Source of the DNA: Klebsormidium nitens
Lineage: Eukaryota; Plantae; Klebsormidiophyceae
Reading direction: 5' to 3'
Assembly: GCA_000708835.1 (NCBI GenBank)
Contig: DF237410.1
Span: forward strand, 1-64,000
Length of the DNA: 64,000 bases
How positions within the stretch are numbered: position 1 is the stretch's first letter; the number at the start of each line of letters is the position of its first letter. The notes under the pieces are model-generated. The model searched no databases. It worked only from the letters and a program-made list of their open reading frames with translations, and was not told where the DNA came from. The translations under genes and the position numbers were made by a program. Shown piece by piece: positions 23,754 through 38,299 of the stretch.

Positions 23754-25474
23754 CTATGCCTTGGAATCCTTGGCCTCCTTCTCCGCCTCTGCGGCGCGCT
23801 TCTTCCTCTTGCCCTCCAGCCGCACGTTGGTGCGCTCGATGCGCAGCTTGCCGTACGCGCGCGCCTCCTGCAGCTCCGCCGTCACCTTCACCAGCTCCAG
23901 CGGGGCAGCGCTGCGCACCGCCGGCAGCAGCGCGCCCGTCAGCTGCGTGGCCTGCGCCAGCTCCTCTGCACTCGAGTCGCCAGCCTGGAGAGGACACGCA
24001 CGCGCTCAGCACACACACATGGGCCCAGCAATGTACCAAGCCGATGAGAAGCACCACGAGCAACCCCGAACTCAGTGCAAACAGGAGCGGCTAGGCCCCA
24101 CACAATCCTGCCGGCCCCACTGGCACCAAGTGGCCTCCTGAGCCTCCATGATGAGGACCCAATTCTTAGGGGACGTCAATTTCCTGATGCCGGACCCGGT
24201 TTCTGGGCCTCTCTATCATCATGGTGCCTCCCTGATGTCCTCGCTCAGCCGCCAAGTGCCCGGTTGTTGCTAGGAGCGCCCCAACGCGAGGGGCCCAAAG
24301 CAGTGCCCCCTCCAGCTTAATGCCCCCTCTACTTCTGCCGCTGCAACCATTATCAGGCAAGCTGGCCATAGACAACAGGCCAGTGGCTGCCCCCCCCTCT
24401 GCTCTCCCCAGTTGGATCCAGTGGGCCAAAGCACTGGGCTTGGATAATCCAGCTATTACAGGCCATCCCGCATGACCGAGGAGCACTTGCAGCCCCCAAA
24501 CTGTCAAGCAGTGGTAATGAGTGCCACTGTGACAGCAGGCCGAGCTCTTTCGCACAACTCTCTCCGTGTCGCCTCCCTGTGTTGATATCACACTGCGTCG
24601 CTGTCCCCTTGCCTCTGCTCCTGCCTGGGCGCAGCACGCTGTGCACCTGGTTCGCTCACCTTTGGCTTCTTGGACCTGCGTGGGAACACAATCAGCTTCG
24701 ACTTGTACGCCTTGAGCCGCGCCACGTTCTCCTGCAGGCCCTCCAGGCTGCGGTTCTTGCGCCGGTGGTCCACAGCGATGCCGATGGTGGGGGCCAGCTT
24801 GGAGGGGATGCCCGCCTCCTGCCACACGACAGCGCGCACGCCAGTCACACACTGGAAGGGCCTGCTGCCCAACAGCAACAGTCAACAGCTGTCTGACGTC
24901 CGACTCATGCAACTTCAAGAGATAGAAACTATCCTGCCCGCAACCTCCCGCCCATGACGTCCGAAGAAGCAGAACGAGCGGTAACGGTAGTGGGAGAGGC
25001 AGAAAAGCCGTTCTGCTGAAGGGCAAGCACTGAGCTCCGAAGAGACAGACAAGCAGAACGATTGCTCCATGTGATCTGTGCCTACCTTGAGCTCCTCCAG
25101 GGTGAACCCGCGGCCTGCCCGCTGCTTGCTGTTGTACCTAACTGTTTGCGACCGCACAATTGGCCTCAAAGCACCAGCAGTTGGGCGGGGGAACACACGG
25201 ACGGCCTTAGCATCACGGGCTGCAGGGGGGACGCAGCAGCAGTCAGAGCTCTGCCAAACTTGACATTGAGATCCAGTAAGAAAAGTTTGCTGACAAATTA
25301 ACAGAACCAATGTAAACATGTGAGCACATCGAGGAGTCTCCAAACAGCCCCGACATCAACCCTACCTAGACGTCTTCTCTTCTTGCGGGCTGGCTGGTTG
25401 AACCATGTCTTGACGTAGGACTGCCAGTCCTTCTTGAAGTGCTGGTGGGGCACCTCATTGTTGTGCTTCACCAT
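23754..25474 (-). CDS. RPL13: 60S ribosomal protein L13 (eL13), 4 coding exons, 210 aa
   Basis: Exons 25474-25366, 25219-25086, 24818-24660 and 23984-23754 sum to 633 nt. Motifs [30 protein letters not shown] and VDHRRKNRS. Confidence 0.98.
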
Positions 25475-26020
25475 CTTGCCAGGACCTGCGCTGCCCGGAG
25501 CAGGACGGGAACAGCAGTCAGAAAGGGTAACGCCGACCAGAAAGCTCAAAACAAAAAGAATCAAGCTGCCAAAACGAACTGAAGGACTACTTGCACCAAA
25601 TTGCAAGCGCTCCTCGCTGCCGCCATATATTCATCACAGCTGTGCCTCAGTGAACCCAATGCAGGCTGGGGGCATGTAAAGATGGACCACGACGCCAATC
25701 GTCCTGACGTTATCACATCGCACATGGCGTACCTGCGTCACACGCCCAGCGCTGCAAGCTTGGAAAGAGGACGAGTGTGGTGGCCTCCCTTCCTGTTTGA
25801 AGCAAGTGAAAGGTCGCCGGAATTAAGGTCGTCCTCGTAGGTCTTCTTGTCAAGTCACAGTCGTGTAAACAGGCTTCATTGAATGAGCATGTTGAAAGTC
25901 GAAGAGGAACTTCGATGATGTTCGGCGACAGCCACAGGGCGATAAGAGACATCGAGCAGCGCTGTGTTCCTCCTCTTTCGTCTTCTACGACTCGCGCAGG
26001 GGGTCACGTGCGCCGTCGCC
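25475..26020. promoter_or_regulatory. Putative bidirectional promoter and 5' UTRs of RPL13/RPS16
   Basis: 546 nt lie between the divergent ATGs. A pyrimidine tract TTCCTCCTCTTTCGTCTTCT (about 25967-25986, TOP-like start) precedes RPS16. A probable 5'-UTR intron acceptor of RPL13 lies near 25486. Confidence 0.6.
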
Positions 26021-27780
<1,760 letters not shown>

Positions 27781-28532
27781 GCGAACAGACTGCATATCTT
27801 GCAAGGACCGTGCAACAGTTCCAGCTCGGAGTTGCAATGAAGTGCACATGGTTTGTTTCGTCTTGGATTTGAGAGATGGTCGATGGTGTGTCCTGTCATG
27901 TTGCAGCAGGCATAGAGGCTTGCAGACGCGCACAATGTGACAAGCATGTGGATAGATCCGGGTAATAATTTGGGACATGCATGCGCTGCCCCCGAATGCC
28001 GTTGCTAGGTTAGTAGTTATCAAAGCCACACATCGATATAACACATATATGTGACATGATGGTCATTTCAATCTCTGTGCCCGGGCGAAATGTATCATGT
28101 ATGCACAAGCTGGATGTTGCCCGCGTAGGTCACATCTTGGTCATTCTGGCAATTTTGCGCCCTGCCAAATATAATCACATGATGCATGGTGGCTGATAAC
28201 GTAGATGACTGTCGATTCATCCTCACCCGGACTACATTTGTCGCAGTCAAAGGGAATCAATCAAATACAAAGTTGTTGTCGCTAATTGAATACATTAGTA
28301 TGTACACCATCGTCAAGCCGAGTTCTCCACCTTGACAAGCAAACTGGGGACTATAATATGCTTCGCACATGCTTCGGAAGAGCCGCAAGATTCTTACTCA
28401 TGCTCCTTTTACGAGCCTCCCTACCAGCTCGGACCAAATCCTTTCCTGAAATCTGCAATGTGTTGATTCCCTACCATGGTCGCGAACCTCCTCTTCCGAA
28501 TTGGCGGTGCGGCATGACCGTGGCACGCGCGA

Positions 28533-31140
28533 TCACTGTGTTGGAGGCACCGCCAGCGGCTGCCCCGGCTGTGGCGTCAACACTGTGAACTCCGGACTCG
28601 CAATTTTCTGCAGAGCGTGTCCAAACAGCCGTTTCTACAAGCTGAGCACGAAATTCTCAGCCAAGATGTTGTCGAGTCCCAGGCCAAATGCAACAGAAAG
28701 CGCAGGCTCGAGCATGCCACCTCGACTTGGACTCCCTGTCGATGCGGCGCAGTGTGAGCGTGGCCGGACGTAGGCAAGACACGTCGATGACAGCGCAGCG
28801 ACTGCTCTGCGCCCCCGCGCTTGCCGTCGTCCTGCAGCGGGGGTGTCCCGCGAGGGCGCCTCACCTGGAAGGCCTCGGGGCCGCTGCCCGTCTTCACGAT
28901 GGCACTCAGGAGCCCCGTCGCCTCCAGGTCCCCGTTGAGCATGGGCACGATGTACCTGAAGCAACGCGCGCCAGTCAGTGGCTGCACCAACAGGGGCGCA
29001 CACCAGCAGGAGTGCCAAGGCTGCGCCACAACCTGCGGCTCACACTAGCTGCTGCAATTGACAAGTGGAGGGACATTTCTTGCTGAGAAGGAATCGGGGA
29101 TGCGCCCCGCGACCAGCGATTGAACCCCCTTCTCCGTTGACCTGCGATCGTGATGCGGGTGGGGGCACTCACGTGGCCTTGAGCTGGCGCGCCAACTCCA
29201 CGGCGCGCTCCTCGCCCGCCACCAGGCTGTAGCCCAAGATGTTCTGGGACACCGACGGTGTGATCACGCAGTCCACCTGCAGGGGGGGCCACGGAACAGC
29301 GTCAGAGCGCCACCCAGCGACGGCCATTCCGCCGCACAGATGCACGCAGTCCTTCTTGGATTCAATCGCTTGACAGCCCTACTGGATACAACCACTTGAC
29401 ATTCGATGCATATCCACAACTGGTGTGGCAAAGAAGCAGGAAGGGGAAGACTTGTATGAGCATACCTGCTCGTCTTTGCTGATGTCGTCAAACTTGCAGT
29501 GTGGTTCGTAGTAAAGAGAGAAGTCGGGCCCTTTGGTGGAGACGACGTAGCCGTTCTCGCGCGCCTGCCAGGGGGGCCCCACGCGGTCCCCCGGGGTGGC
29601 GCGCACCGTGATGGACGACCCATCCGCGCCTGAGACAGACGTCGTCTGATCGTGCGCGAGCACAACCAGCTGCAATCTCAGAATAAGGGGGGCAGGGTTA
29701 GCAAGAAGTGTACTGAAAGGCGTACTCCAAACATGCGGCAGCGGGGCAGGAGCAGCATGGAGCAGGCCCCAACAGCAAGCGCACCCCCACCCGGCCATTG
29801 CTCACTACCAGCAAGGGAGGGCACCAGCCCCGTGGGGAGGGGGTGAGGGCAGTGAGCAAGCAACCCTTGTATAGACAGGCACCAGCATGGGTGAGGCAGG
29901 GAGCACGCATCCAGGGGCGCCCCGCTCAGGCCTGCCCTGCATCCACGCGGCAGGACTGCAAAGACGCCCACAATTGTGGCCTGGAAACTCGACTCCTGCC
30001 CATCTCACGTTTTTGAAGAGGGGCTCCAGCTTGCTTTGTGCGCTGGGGGGTGCAATGACAAGCAGGGTGGGGCGCGCGCGGGCAACCTCGCGTAGCGTCT
30101 TCATGTGGCAGTGGTCCTCCAGGGACTGCGTGATGAGCACCGCGTCCAGGGGGGGCAGCCCCGCCACCTGCAGACACCCAGGGGGGAAAAGCAGGGTCAT
30201 GCAACAAAGGGACCAAGCGGGCCTGCAATCGTGTCTGCGGGCCACTTTGCAATACTTCCCAGAAAGTACCCACCCTTGAAAACAGCGCAAACTACCACTT
30301 CTCATGCCGCATTGAATTGCTGTTGAGGCCATCGGTGACAACCACTTCCTTGAAGACTTGCTGCCAGCCAAACTCTGATGCCCTCCCCTGCCCCCTCGTT
30401 CTGCCTGCCCTGCCCACTGAGCTGGTGCTAGCAATCACTGCAGGCCCATACTGTGATCCCCACAACCGGCTGGCGCTGGCTGCTCACTGTGAGGTCTTTG
30501 GTGGCGCGCTTCTTGGCAGAGTAGAAGAGCGGGATGTTGAAGTCCAGCTCCGCCAGCAGCCAGGGGTCGACCAGCAGCCGCACGCCCGCCACCTCCCAGA
30601 TCCACCCGTTGTTCTCCAGCCACGTCAGCTGGGCCAGCCCCGCGGGCACCGCCTTCGCAGGCGCAGCCGACTCAACAGCATGCGCAGGCAAAGCAGCAGG
30701 CCTCTGCCTGCAAAGGGAGCAGACAGCGTGGGCCGTGTCACTGCCAACCAGGGCAGCGCAGCAAGCCAAGTGCGGGAACAACTGCTCAGCATTCAAAAGT
30801 TGGAGGGGAACCTGCAGGGGCAGTGCTAGGAACAGAAGCCAGCGACTTTCCCAGTCACTGTGCTGATGAAGCAGAATGGCCCTCACCTGTCCCCCAGCAT
30901 TGCACCTGGTGGGCTGGTCTTGGCTGTGCCTCCAAGCACCCCACCTGCTACCCTCAACAGGCTGCTCATGCGGAGGGTGGGTGACTCAAGGCCCCAGCTG
31001 GCTCGCGGGTGCGCCGCCGCAGGATCCAAGACGGCCTGCAAGCGGTGGTGGTCAGAGCGGGGCCTCTCAGATGTTGCTGTTGATGCGCCCAGACCGCTCG
31101 TGATGCGGGCATGCAGCAATGCTGTGGCGGCATTGGCCAT
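28533..31140 (-). CDS. Metallo-beta-lactamase-fold hydrolase (Lactamase_B_3-like, plant/cyanobacterial type), probably plastid-targeted, 7 exons
   Basis: Motifs LTWLENNGWIWEVAGVRLLVDPWL, DAVLITQSLEDHCH, GPPWQARENGY, LYYEPH and IVPMLNGDL, ending VLTPQPGQPLAVPPTQ*. Splice phases are consistent. The last acceptor is the least certain. Confidence 0.85.
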
Positions 31141-31665
31141 GGCAGGCGGCGTCCACCTTGGAACTCCGCAACACGAGCTTCAGCCTTAATAGTAGGTACC
31201 CTGGGCCTAGGGGTCGGACAGTTGATCAGAGCACAGGGATGCAGCTCTAGCCTCTAGTAGGCTAGTAGGTAGTAGAGGTACATAGTAGCTTCCTCTTTGG
31301 CAGAGCAGCTTGAAGTTGCGGTGAGCGTGGACTCGGGCTGAGGAGGCTTGCTTGTGGTAACGTGGTATCTCGAAGACCGTCGATCGAACATTCTTCACAA
31401 ATCCGACGACTAAGCTGCAAGACTAGACGATCGCGCGAGCTCCATTTGTGTGCCGGTTTGCCAAGCATCAATTGGCAAGAGGCCGGCCTCGATACCGTAG
31501 TGAAGTTGACTGCATGAAAGTGTAGAAAGTTGTGCACGGCGGTGTCTTGCCCCTAACTTTTAAAGAATAGGGCTGCAGGGGCTGTGTGTGTGGCGTCTTC
31601 CAGGGCTGTCTTACTATTAGCGTTCGTTGCAGCGCCACTCGCAGAATCTGATCAAATTCGCATCA

Positions 31666-33870
31666 ATGGAGGCCGCCTACATGACGACAGCGTGCGTGCC
31701 CCTGTGTGTGCCCCAGATTACTCTTAGAGGTGCTCAGCAGTCTCGCGGTCCAGCTGGAAGGACGTGGTACCTGTTGTTTGCGCTAGGGCAGCCATCGCAA
31801 GTGGCACGCCAGAAGAATCACGGCGGCCAGCATTGCTGTTCTCAAGGACGAACAGCAGCTCGTTCAGAGGCGGTTGTTGCTGCCAGTTTTGCGCCGCAAT
31901 CAAGGCCTGAGACCGCTTATTCGACACAAGGAGAATGCCGTCTTTGGAGACAGCTGGTGGTGCTGCAGGACAGGAGTACCAGAGGTGAACATTGTGGGTG
32001 GCCGGGCACACGAAGTGCCCACACCATTCGGGAAAGTGTTTTTCAAGCAATGGGCAACACGCAAGATGGTGGGGACCTCACAGACCTGCTGACCCCGCGA
32101 AGGCTGCCAGGAGGCGAGGCGGCACAGGGAGACGAGAGAGGCAGAAAGTCAGAGAGAGCGTGTAAGCGGTGCCAAGGTAGGGCTGCCAAGAGCTGCCCAA
32201 TTGTCCGCACTGCTTGCCCAGTCTCATAGAAAGGGTGCCCATTGTTGCACGCACTTGCTGAAGGCCACCGCTTGCTGTGTTGTCAGCCACTGCTTGCTGT
32301 CCCTGGTTGATTGTTGACATTCTGCCCGCTCCAGATTGCTGAGGTATGGCTGGCACTTTCTTTCTGGCGTGGCCTACAACCATTCCTCCTGCATCGCACA
32401 GGAACGCACCTGATCACCTGCGCAAAGTGTAACGGCAGGGGCAGGCTGTCCCCCCGGGGGGGCTATCACAAAAAGAACCCAGTGTCCATGGAGAAGATCG
32501 AAGGTGAGACGAGTGTTGGGTATGCTGGACCGATGACGTTTTCTTATGTAAGGAGGACCTGTGAAGCTATTTTCAAATTATGATTGTTTCAGTTTCCTCC
32601 TGCAATTGGGCTCACTTTGAACTCCGCTTAGTCTCCTGGCCGGCACCCTTGGCGCGCTTGATTCCGAGTGCCAGGGCAATGAACGAACCCCAATTTCAGC
32701 TCAGTCCTTCATTTGGACCCCAGTCCGGCCTCTATGCTTCAGTTGGACCCTAATCGCACCTGACCAAGCTGTGGCCTCTTAGCGAAGCGAGGGCAGGAGG
32801 GGACAGCGTAACACAAACAAATTAACGATGGCAGCACTGTGTCCAAGGGCCACTACCCGTTCGCTCAGATGAACAGTGGGTGGGCTGTGGTATGATACTT
32901 GAGTGGTCGTCATCACGCGAGTGCCTCGCTGGCTCTCGCAGCGGCCCTGCTCAACGCTGGAAGAATAACAGGCTGTGACGGTTTTAATTGTCTGCTTATG
33001 ATACGGACGTCAGGATGCCAGATCGGTGGAACCCATGCCTGGAGCTTGGCTGCCAGTTGGTCTCAGTGCGTGCCGCGTGGCTGTCCTGCTTCAGGGTCGC
33101 AGTGGACCGCCATGGAGCGCACCCTGGGCTGGCGCCACTTCCGTGTGGCGGGCAAGCGGCGCGGCCCGGAGGCAGCGGCAGCGGGCGGGAGCGCGGCGTG
33201 GCTGGTAGAGATGGTGGCCACGTGCGACCCCTCCGCGCGGCTCTGGATCAATGCGCAGGTACGCTGCGGGATGGCTGGGCCGCAGGGACCTGAGGGGGAG
33301 GCACCCATTGCAAGGCTGCCTGTCTCCTGCTAGTCGACTTGTCAAAATGTCAGGCCTACTGCCGTTTCCCTTTTGCATAACGGCGTGGCCTGGGTTCTTG
33401 CGCAGTCCTGGCCGGCTTGCGCTTGCTCTTCTTTGCTGGTTAGAAGGCTGCCTGAATCTTGCAGAGCTCGCAACCAACGTTCAAGTATCGACTGTCATCA
33501 TGTAAGCATTTCGGCTCTCCGCCCATGCAGCGCCAGGCTCGTTGGTTGCAAAAAAATCCAATGCTTGACCCCGACTGCCTCGAGGCTCTCTTTGATGAAG
33601 CCATGATTGTGGTTGCAGAATTTGAGGGACCGGGAACACTGGAGCATGGGCTGGCTGCAGAAAGCAGAGCTGGCCGCAAGAACGGATGAAGACTCGGAAG
33701 CAGGGAAAGTTTGTAAAGCATGCCACGGAAGTAAAAGTGTGGCATGCCCGGCCTGTATAGCTTCTCGGAAGAAACTCGAACGGAAAGAGAAAGCATCAAA
33801 TACTAGGAACACCGACCTGCTTATTGGACGTGAAACGAAACTCGATACATCTAAAGCGCACGAAACGTGA
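31666..33870 (+). CDS. Protein with DnaJ-type CxxCxG zinc-finger repeats flanking a Trp-rich DUF2389/TIGR02450-like domain, 4 exons
   Basis: The joined exons read CKRCQG-THLITCAKCNGRG ... SQWTAMERTLGWRHFRV ... LVEMVATCD...LWINAQ-NLRDREHWSMGWLQ ... CKACHGSKSVACPAC. The long first exon (31666-32176) resembles a targeting peptide. Confidence 0.75.
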
Positions 33871-34819
33871 GCTTTTATGCTTGGAGTTGTATGCATAGCT
33901 GGTTACTGGTTAATGGTTTTATACTGAAGCTTGCTGCAGTGCACATGTAGGAAGAGCTGCAAACGAATATTTACAGATTCGCATCCTGAAAGATCAGTAC
34001 GTATTGCGTTCTCGCGTTTAAGAATCTTTTACGCGCGCAATCCACATGTAAACTCAGTGTACCGGTACATCCGGAGCGTGCGGCAGCTTATGGTAGTGCT
34101 GCCGCCAAGCTATGTTCGTAAGTTCAGGTTGCACATTGATCTAGCGGTATATAAATCGACACGGGTAATTCTCGCATCCTCAAACTTGCAACCGAAAAGT
34201 TCGTGCTTGTAGAAAAACTGGCCTTTGGAGCAAGCTGGCACATGCACGAGCGCCCAAGATGCACATGAACGACGACACCACGTATTGAAGCGACAATTCG
34301 AAGACAAGCATGATGGCCAACATTTCAAGCTCACCAGGGGTGGCATTGCCTTGAATGGCCGGCCTAGATATATGTGGCAGCCCGAGCAGCTAAAGCATTG
34401 CATGCATGAGCAATAGACTCAGCGATGTACCTTTCTCGTTGCAAAAGCAGTGGACAGCCTTTTCCAGGTAGCAGCACCAGCCAAGCCAAATGCTTGTGAA
34501 AATGTTATCTACATCAGCATCAGCAGCCTTGTAGCCTTGCCGTGACTGGGGCCCACTGCCGCCATAGCGATGGATATGAACGGTGAAGGCGCAGATCGCT
34601 TGGTTGATGTAGTTTTCAACCGGATTACACAAAGTCGAGCAGCACTCATACCAACTCAGCGCAGCGACCCGTACACCACATTCGAGGGCTGCTGCTCCTC
34701 ATATGACTCATCAAAGACATCAAAGAAGGTCGACAATCTCCCTCCTCGCCAAAACGACCAACCAAACGAAAACTCGAGCCAAGAAACCGCAGGCATGTCT
34801 CGTGGCCAGGGCACCGAGG

Positions 34820-36803
34820 TTACCGTTCTGCCACCCGCGCCTTCGAACTTGCTTCCACGAATGCCTGCACCAGGAGGCAAACACGTAAGTCAGGCTGCAG
34901 TCGACGAATGGGTGTCGCTCACAGAGGGAGCCTCCCGGGAGAGAAAGGCCCGGCCAACAGATGCTGCAGAGACCTGGCAGGGGGGCCTGCAACCGCGATC
35001 TCGAAAAGCTGCTGCAGCGTGGCAGGTCGGGCCCCCACCTGCTGCGCTTCGCGGGAGCACTGGGTGAAGGCCCGCACGACATCGGCACACTGGAGGGGGT
35101 CCTGCACGCACGCGGGGCGCTCGCAGAGTCAGGGCGACCGGGGCCAGGGCAGTGCAGCAGCGGGAGAAGAGGCAAGGGGCAAGCCACGAGAATGGGCCTA
35201 CACAAGGGCGAGCCTGCCAGTCAGGTGCTCTTATGAAAAGGTGCATGCCTGGAAGCGTCCCTAGCAGGGGCAGCACGGCAGGGACGGGCCACCCTAGGGG
35301 CGCAGGAGCTGCAGGCGAACAGCACGCACCTGCTGGTGAACGGAGTAGCAGCGCAGGCAGGCGTCACGGTGGGCAGCGCATGGAGGCGGCCGCGAGGGCG
35401 CCCTGCAAGCACAGCCAGGCAACAAGGTCGGCGGCGCCGCTGGAACGTACACGGAGTCGACTAGAATGACCAGAGCCAATCGGCAACCGCATGACTGCCG
35501 CTTGAGGTGGCCCGTTCCAGGTGAGAGGTGAGTACTTCTTAGCCACGAGACGCTTCAACTGAGAGACCACTAGACAAGCAGCGAGTTAGGGGGAACTAAT
35601 GTGGACGCCAAATTGACGCAGAAGAGGTCACGTCAACAATTCTGATGCCATCGATTCCTTGGTGAGCATGCTCAGACATCCAAATCCAGGTTGGTGAACC
35701 TGGCTACCACCTGATTGAGAAGGGCCAACACGTCAGCAGGGCTACCCCAGAGTAAAGGGCTAGAGTCGCGCCACCCAGCGTGCCAGCCACAGCACCCTTG
35801 ACATGGTGAGACCCAGGCGCGCCGCCTCGCGCGCGGCCTGCCATCTCACCTGTACTCTTGGTCGTGCAGGCGGTGCGCCAGCACGCGCACCTGGCTCAGC
35901 TCCTCCTCCTCGCGCTTCAGCAGCAGCGCACCCACGTGCTCCTGCACGCACGCCGCCAAGGGAGGCACGCTCAGGAGGGGTGCTCACCAGGGGGACACGG
36001 ACATGCGCCAAAGAAGATACGCGAGGCCCACATGCTGCGTAATCTCAACCCCCAAAATATGGGCAGCCGACAGAGGTCCCCCCTGGAGGCTGTGGTCAGT
36101 GTCCTTGTTGCATCATCTTTGTCCCTTCAGTCCTGACAAATCGCCCCGGGGCTACGCTGCGCAAAATCCTCACGCTCTCTGCCAGTGCCCTCTTGATGGG
36201 CGCCAGGTCCGCGGGCAGCGGCTCCTCTGCTGCTTCATGCCGCCCCGCCCCTCCGCCCGGCCTTGCAAAGTGCAAAAATCCTGGAATGCCTGGGGGCATG
36301 CTGCCGGGCATGCCCCGGGGGTGGCCAGGCGGGGATGGCCTAGCTTGATTCCAGTGCGTGAGCGCACTGGTGCCGCCGCCGCTGGGGCCGGCGGAGTCTG
36401 TTGGTGGGGCCCGCTGTGCTGCGGCCTGGTCTGCCTCCTGGCGCTGCTGGCGCTCGTACTGGCGGCGACGCTCCTCCACGCGCTCACGCCCGGCAGGGGT
36501 GTCCCGCGCTAACTTCTCAAGCAGAGTGGTCGAGAACTAAGGAGAAGGGGCGGGGAGGCACTCAGAATACGTCATCAAGTTTAGCAAATAGATGCACACC
36601 AGTCCTTCAGAAGCACCTAACCACCAAGATCAAGAGGAATTGGGAATCACGCAGAGGAGCTGTTGATTGATACATAGCTGCCAATAGCGAACAGCAAACG
36701 GAAAATCAACCACGAGTAAGTAAGCGATGTGTATGACTTCATGTTTCCAACGTTGTGATTGAATGCTCACCACAACATTGAACTTGGTTTCAGTTTCCGC
36801 CAT
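34820..36803 (-). CDS. Coiled-coil plus twin-Cx9C (CHCH) protein, MIC19/CHCHD3-like (plant At4g12340 type), 6 exons
   Basis: The joined exons read MAETETKFNVV-FSTTLLEKLA ... LAPIKRALAES-EHVGALLLKREEEEL...DQEYR-APSRPPPCAAHRDACLRCYSVHQQ-DPLQCADVVRAFTQCSREAQQ. The last exon (34864-34820) is inferred from a CTGAC branch point plus CAG. Confidence 0.75.
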
Positions 36804-37154
36804 GGAAACGGGAAAAGACCGCAGCGCAACCACGGAGGTTGATCACATTCACAGATGTTGTCAAGAGCGTGAAAGAACTTTTTGACCGGACCAACTCTTG
36901 GAGAAGCGAGCGCCTGAGTTCGTAGCAGTTCGAATATCTTAGCAGCGGTGAAAGTGAAAGACATTCAATTTCAATGCTTTCTGCTGGCAGATCTCCTCAA
37001 TTGTACAAGGGGCTACTAGGCTGCGCCGTATGTGCGAGCGCGACCGGAGGTGTCCCGACTGCCGACTAACCGGGGGGCGTATGTCGCGCCGTCGTGAGGG
37101 AGAACGGCAGAACAGGGCTGCCGTCTCTGGAGTCTCTAGGACTGTTGTCACCCC

Positions 37155-37931
37155 NNNNNNNNNNNNNNNNNNNNNNNNNNNNNNNNNNNNNNNNNNNNNN
37201 NNNNNNNNNNNNNNNNNNNNNNNNNNNNNNNNNNNNNNNNNNNNNNNNNNNNNNNNNNNNNNNNNNNNNNNNNNNNNNNNNNNNNNNNNNNNNNNNNNNN
37301 NNNNNNNNNNNNNNNNNNNNNNNNNNNNNNNNNNNNNNNNNNNNNNNNNNNNNNNNNNNNNNNNNNNNNNNNNNNNNNNNNNNNNNNNNNNNNNNNNNNN
37401 NNNNNNNNNNNNNNNNNNNNNNNNNNNNNNNNNNNNNNNNNNNNNNNNNNNNNNNNNNNNNNNNNNNNNNNNNNNNNNNNNNNNNNNNNNNNNNNNNNNN
37501 NNNNNNNNNNNNNNNNNNNNNNNNNNNNNNNNNNNNNNNNNNNNNNNNNNNNNNNNNNNNNNNNNNNNNNNNNNNNNNNNNNNNNNNNNNNNNNNNNNNN
37601 NNNNNNNNNNNNNNNNNNNNNNNNNNNNNNNNNNNNNNNNNNNNNNNNNNNNNNNNNNNNNNNNNNNNNNNNNNNNNNNNNNNNNNNNNNNNNNNNNNNN
37701 NNNNNNNNNNNNNNNNNNNNNNNNNNNNNNNNNNNNNNNNNNNNNNNNNNNNNNNNNNNNNNNNNNNNNNNNNNNNNNNNNNNNNNNNNNNNNNNNNNNN
37801 NNNNNNNNNNNNNNNNNNNNNNNNNNNNNNNNNNNNNNNNNNNNNNNNNNNNNNNNNNNNNNNNNNNNNNNNNNNNNNNNNNNNNNNNNNNNNNNNNNNN
37901 NNNNNNNNNNNNNNNNNNNNNNNNNNNNNNN
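37155..37931. other. Assembly gap (777 N)
   Basis: Run of N visible directly in the sequence. Confidence 1.
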
Positions 37932-38299
37932 AAGGGTGACGCACCCTGTGCGTCACCCGGCCCGATGTGTGACGCGCCGGTTCCTGAACCATTGATGCCG
38001 TTCAAACAGTCAATCGGCATCCCGAGTAAACGCGACATGTGACTTGCCCAGCGCGCTAGGAGCTATTATCCTGAATAGCAAAAGGATTATCGATCGGGAA
38101 GAACTGCCGCGCAAGCAACGACAGGTGACTACAGACCATGCCTGCATCAGGTACTGCGGAGGGGCGGCCACTCCCCTATAAAGTTAAAAGGTGGAATATA
38201 GCCGCGTCTGCTCGTCCTGTTTTGGGACCCTATGCTAAAACCGCGCCAGTTTTTTCGGGCACCCCTTTTCTATAACGGCTTGGGCCATTTTTTGACACC

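Noticed and set aside
24148-24235. C/D-box snoRNA-like pattern (ATGATGA...CTGA...CTGA) in RPL13 intron 3
   Set aside because: It lies antisense to the host gene, has no convincing terminal stem, and shows only about 8 nt (CGTCAATT) of rRNA complementarity.
34570-35067. 165-aa plus-strand ORF
   Set aside because: It overlaps the last exons and the T/G-rich 3' UTR of the minus-strand MIC19-like gene, with no recognisable domain or splice partners.
37030-38038. ORFs of 281-321 aa
   Set aside because: Artefacts of translating through the N gap.
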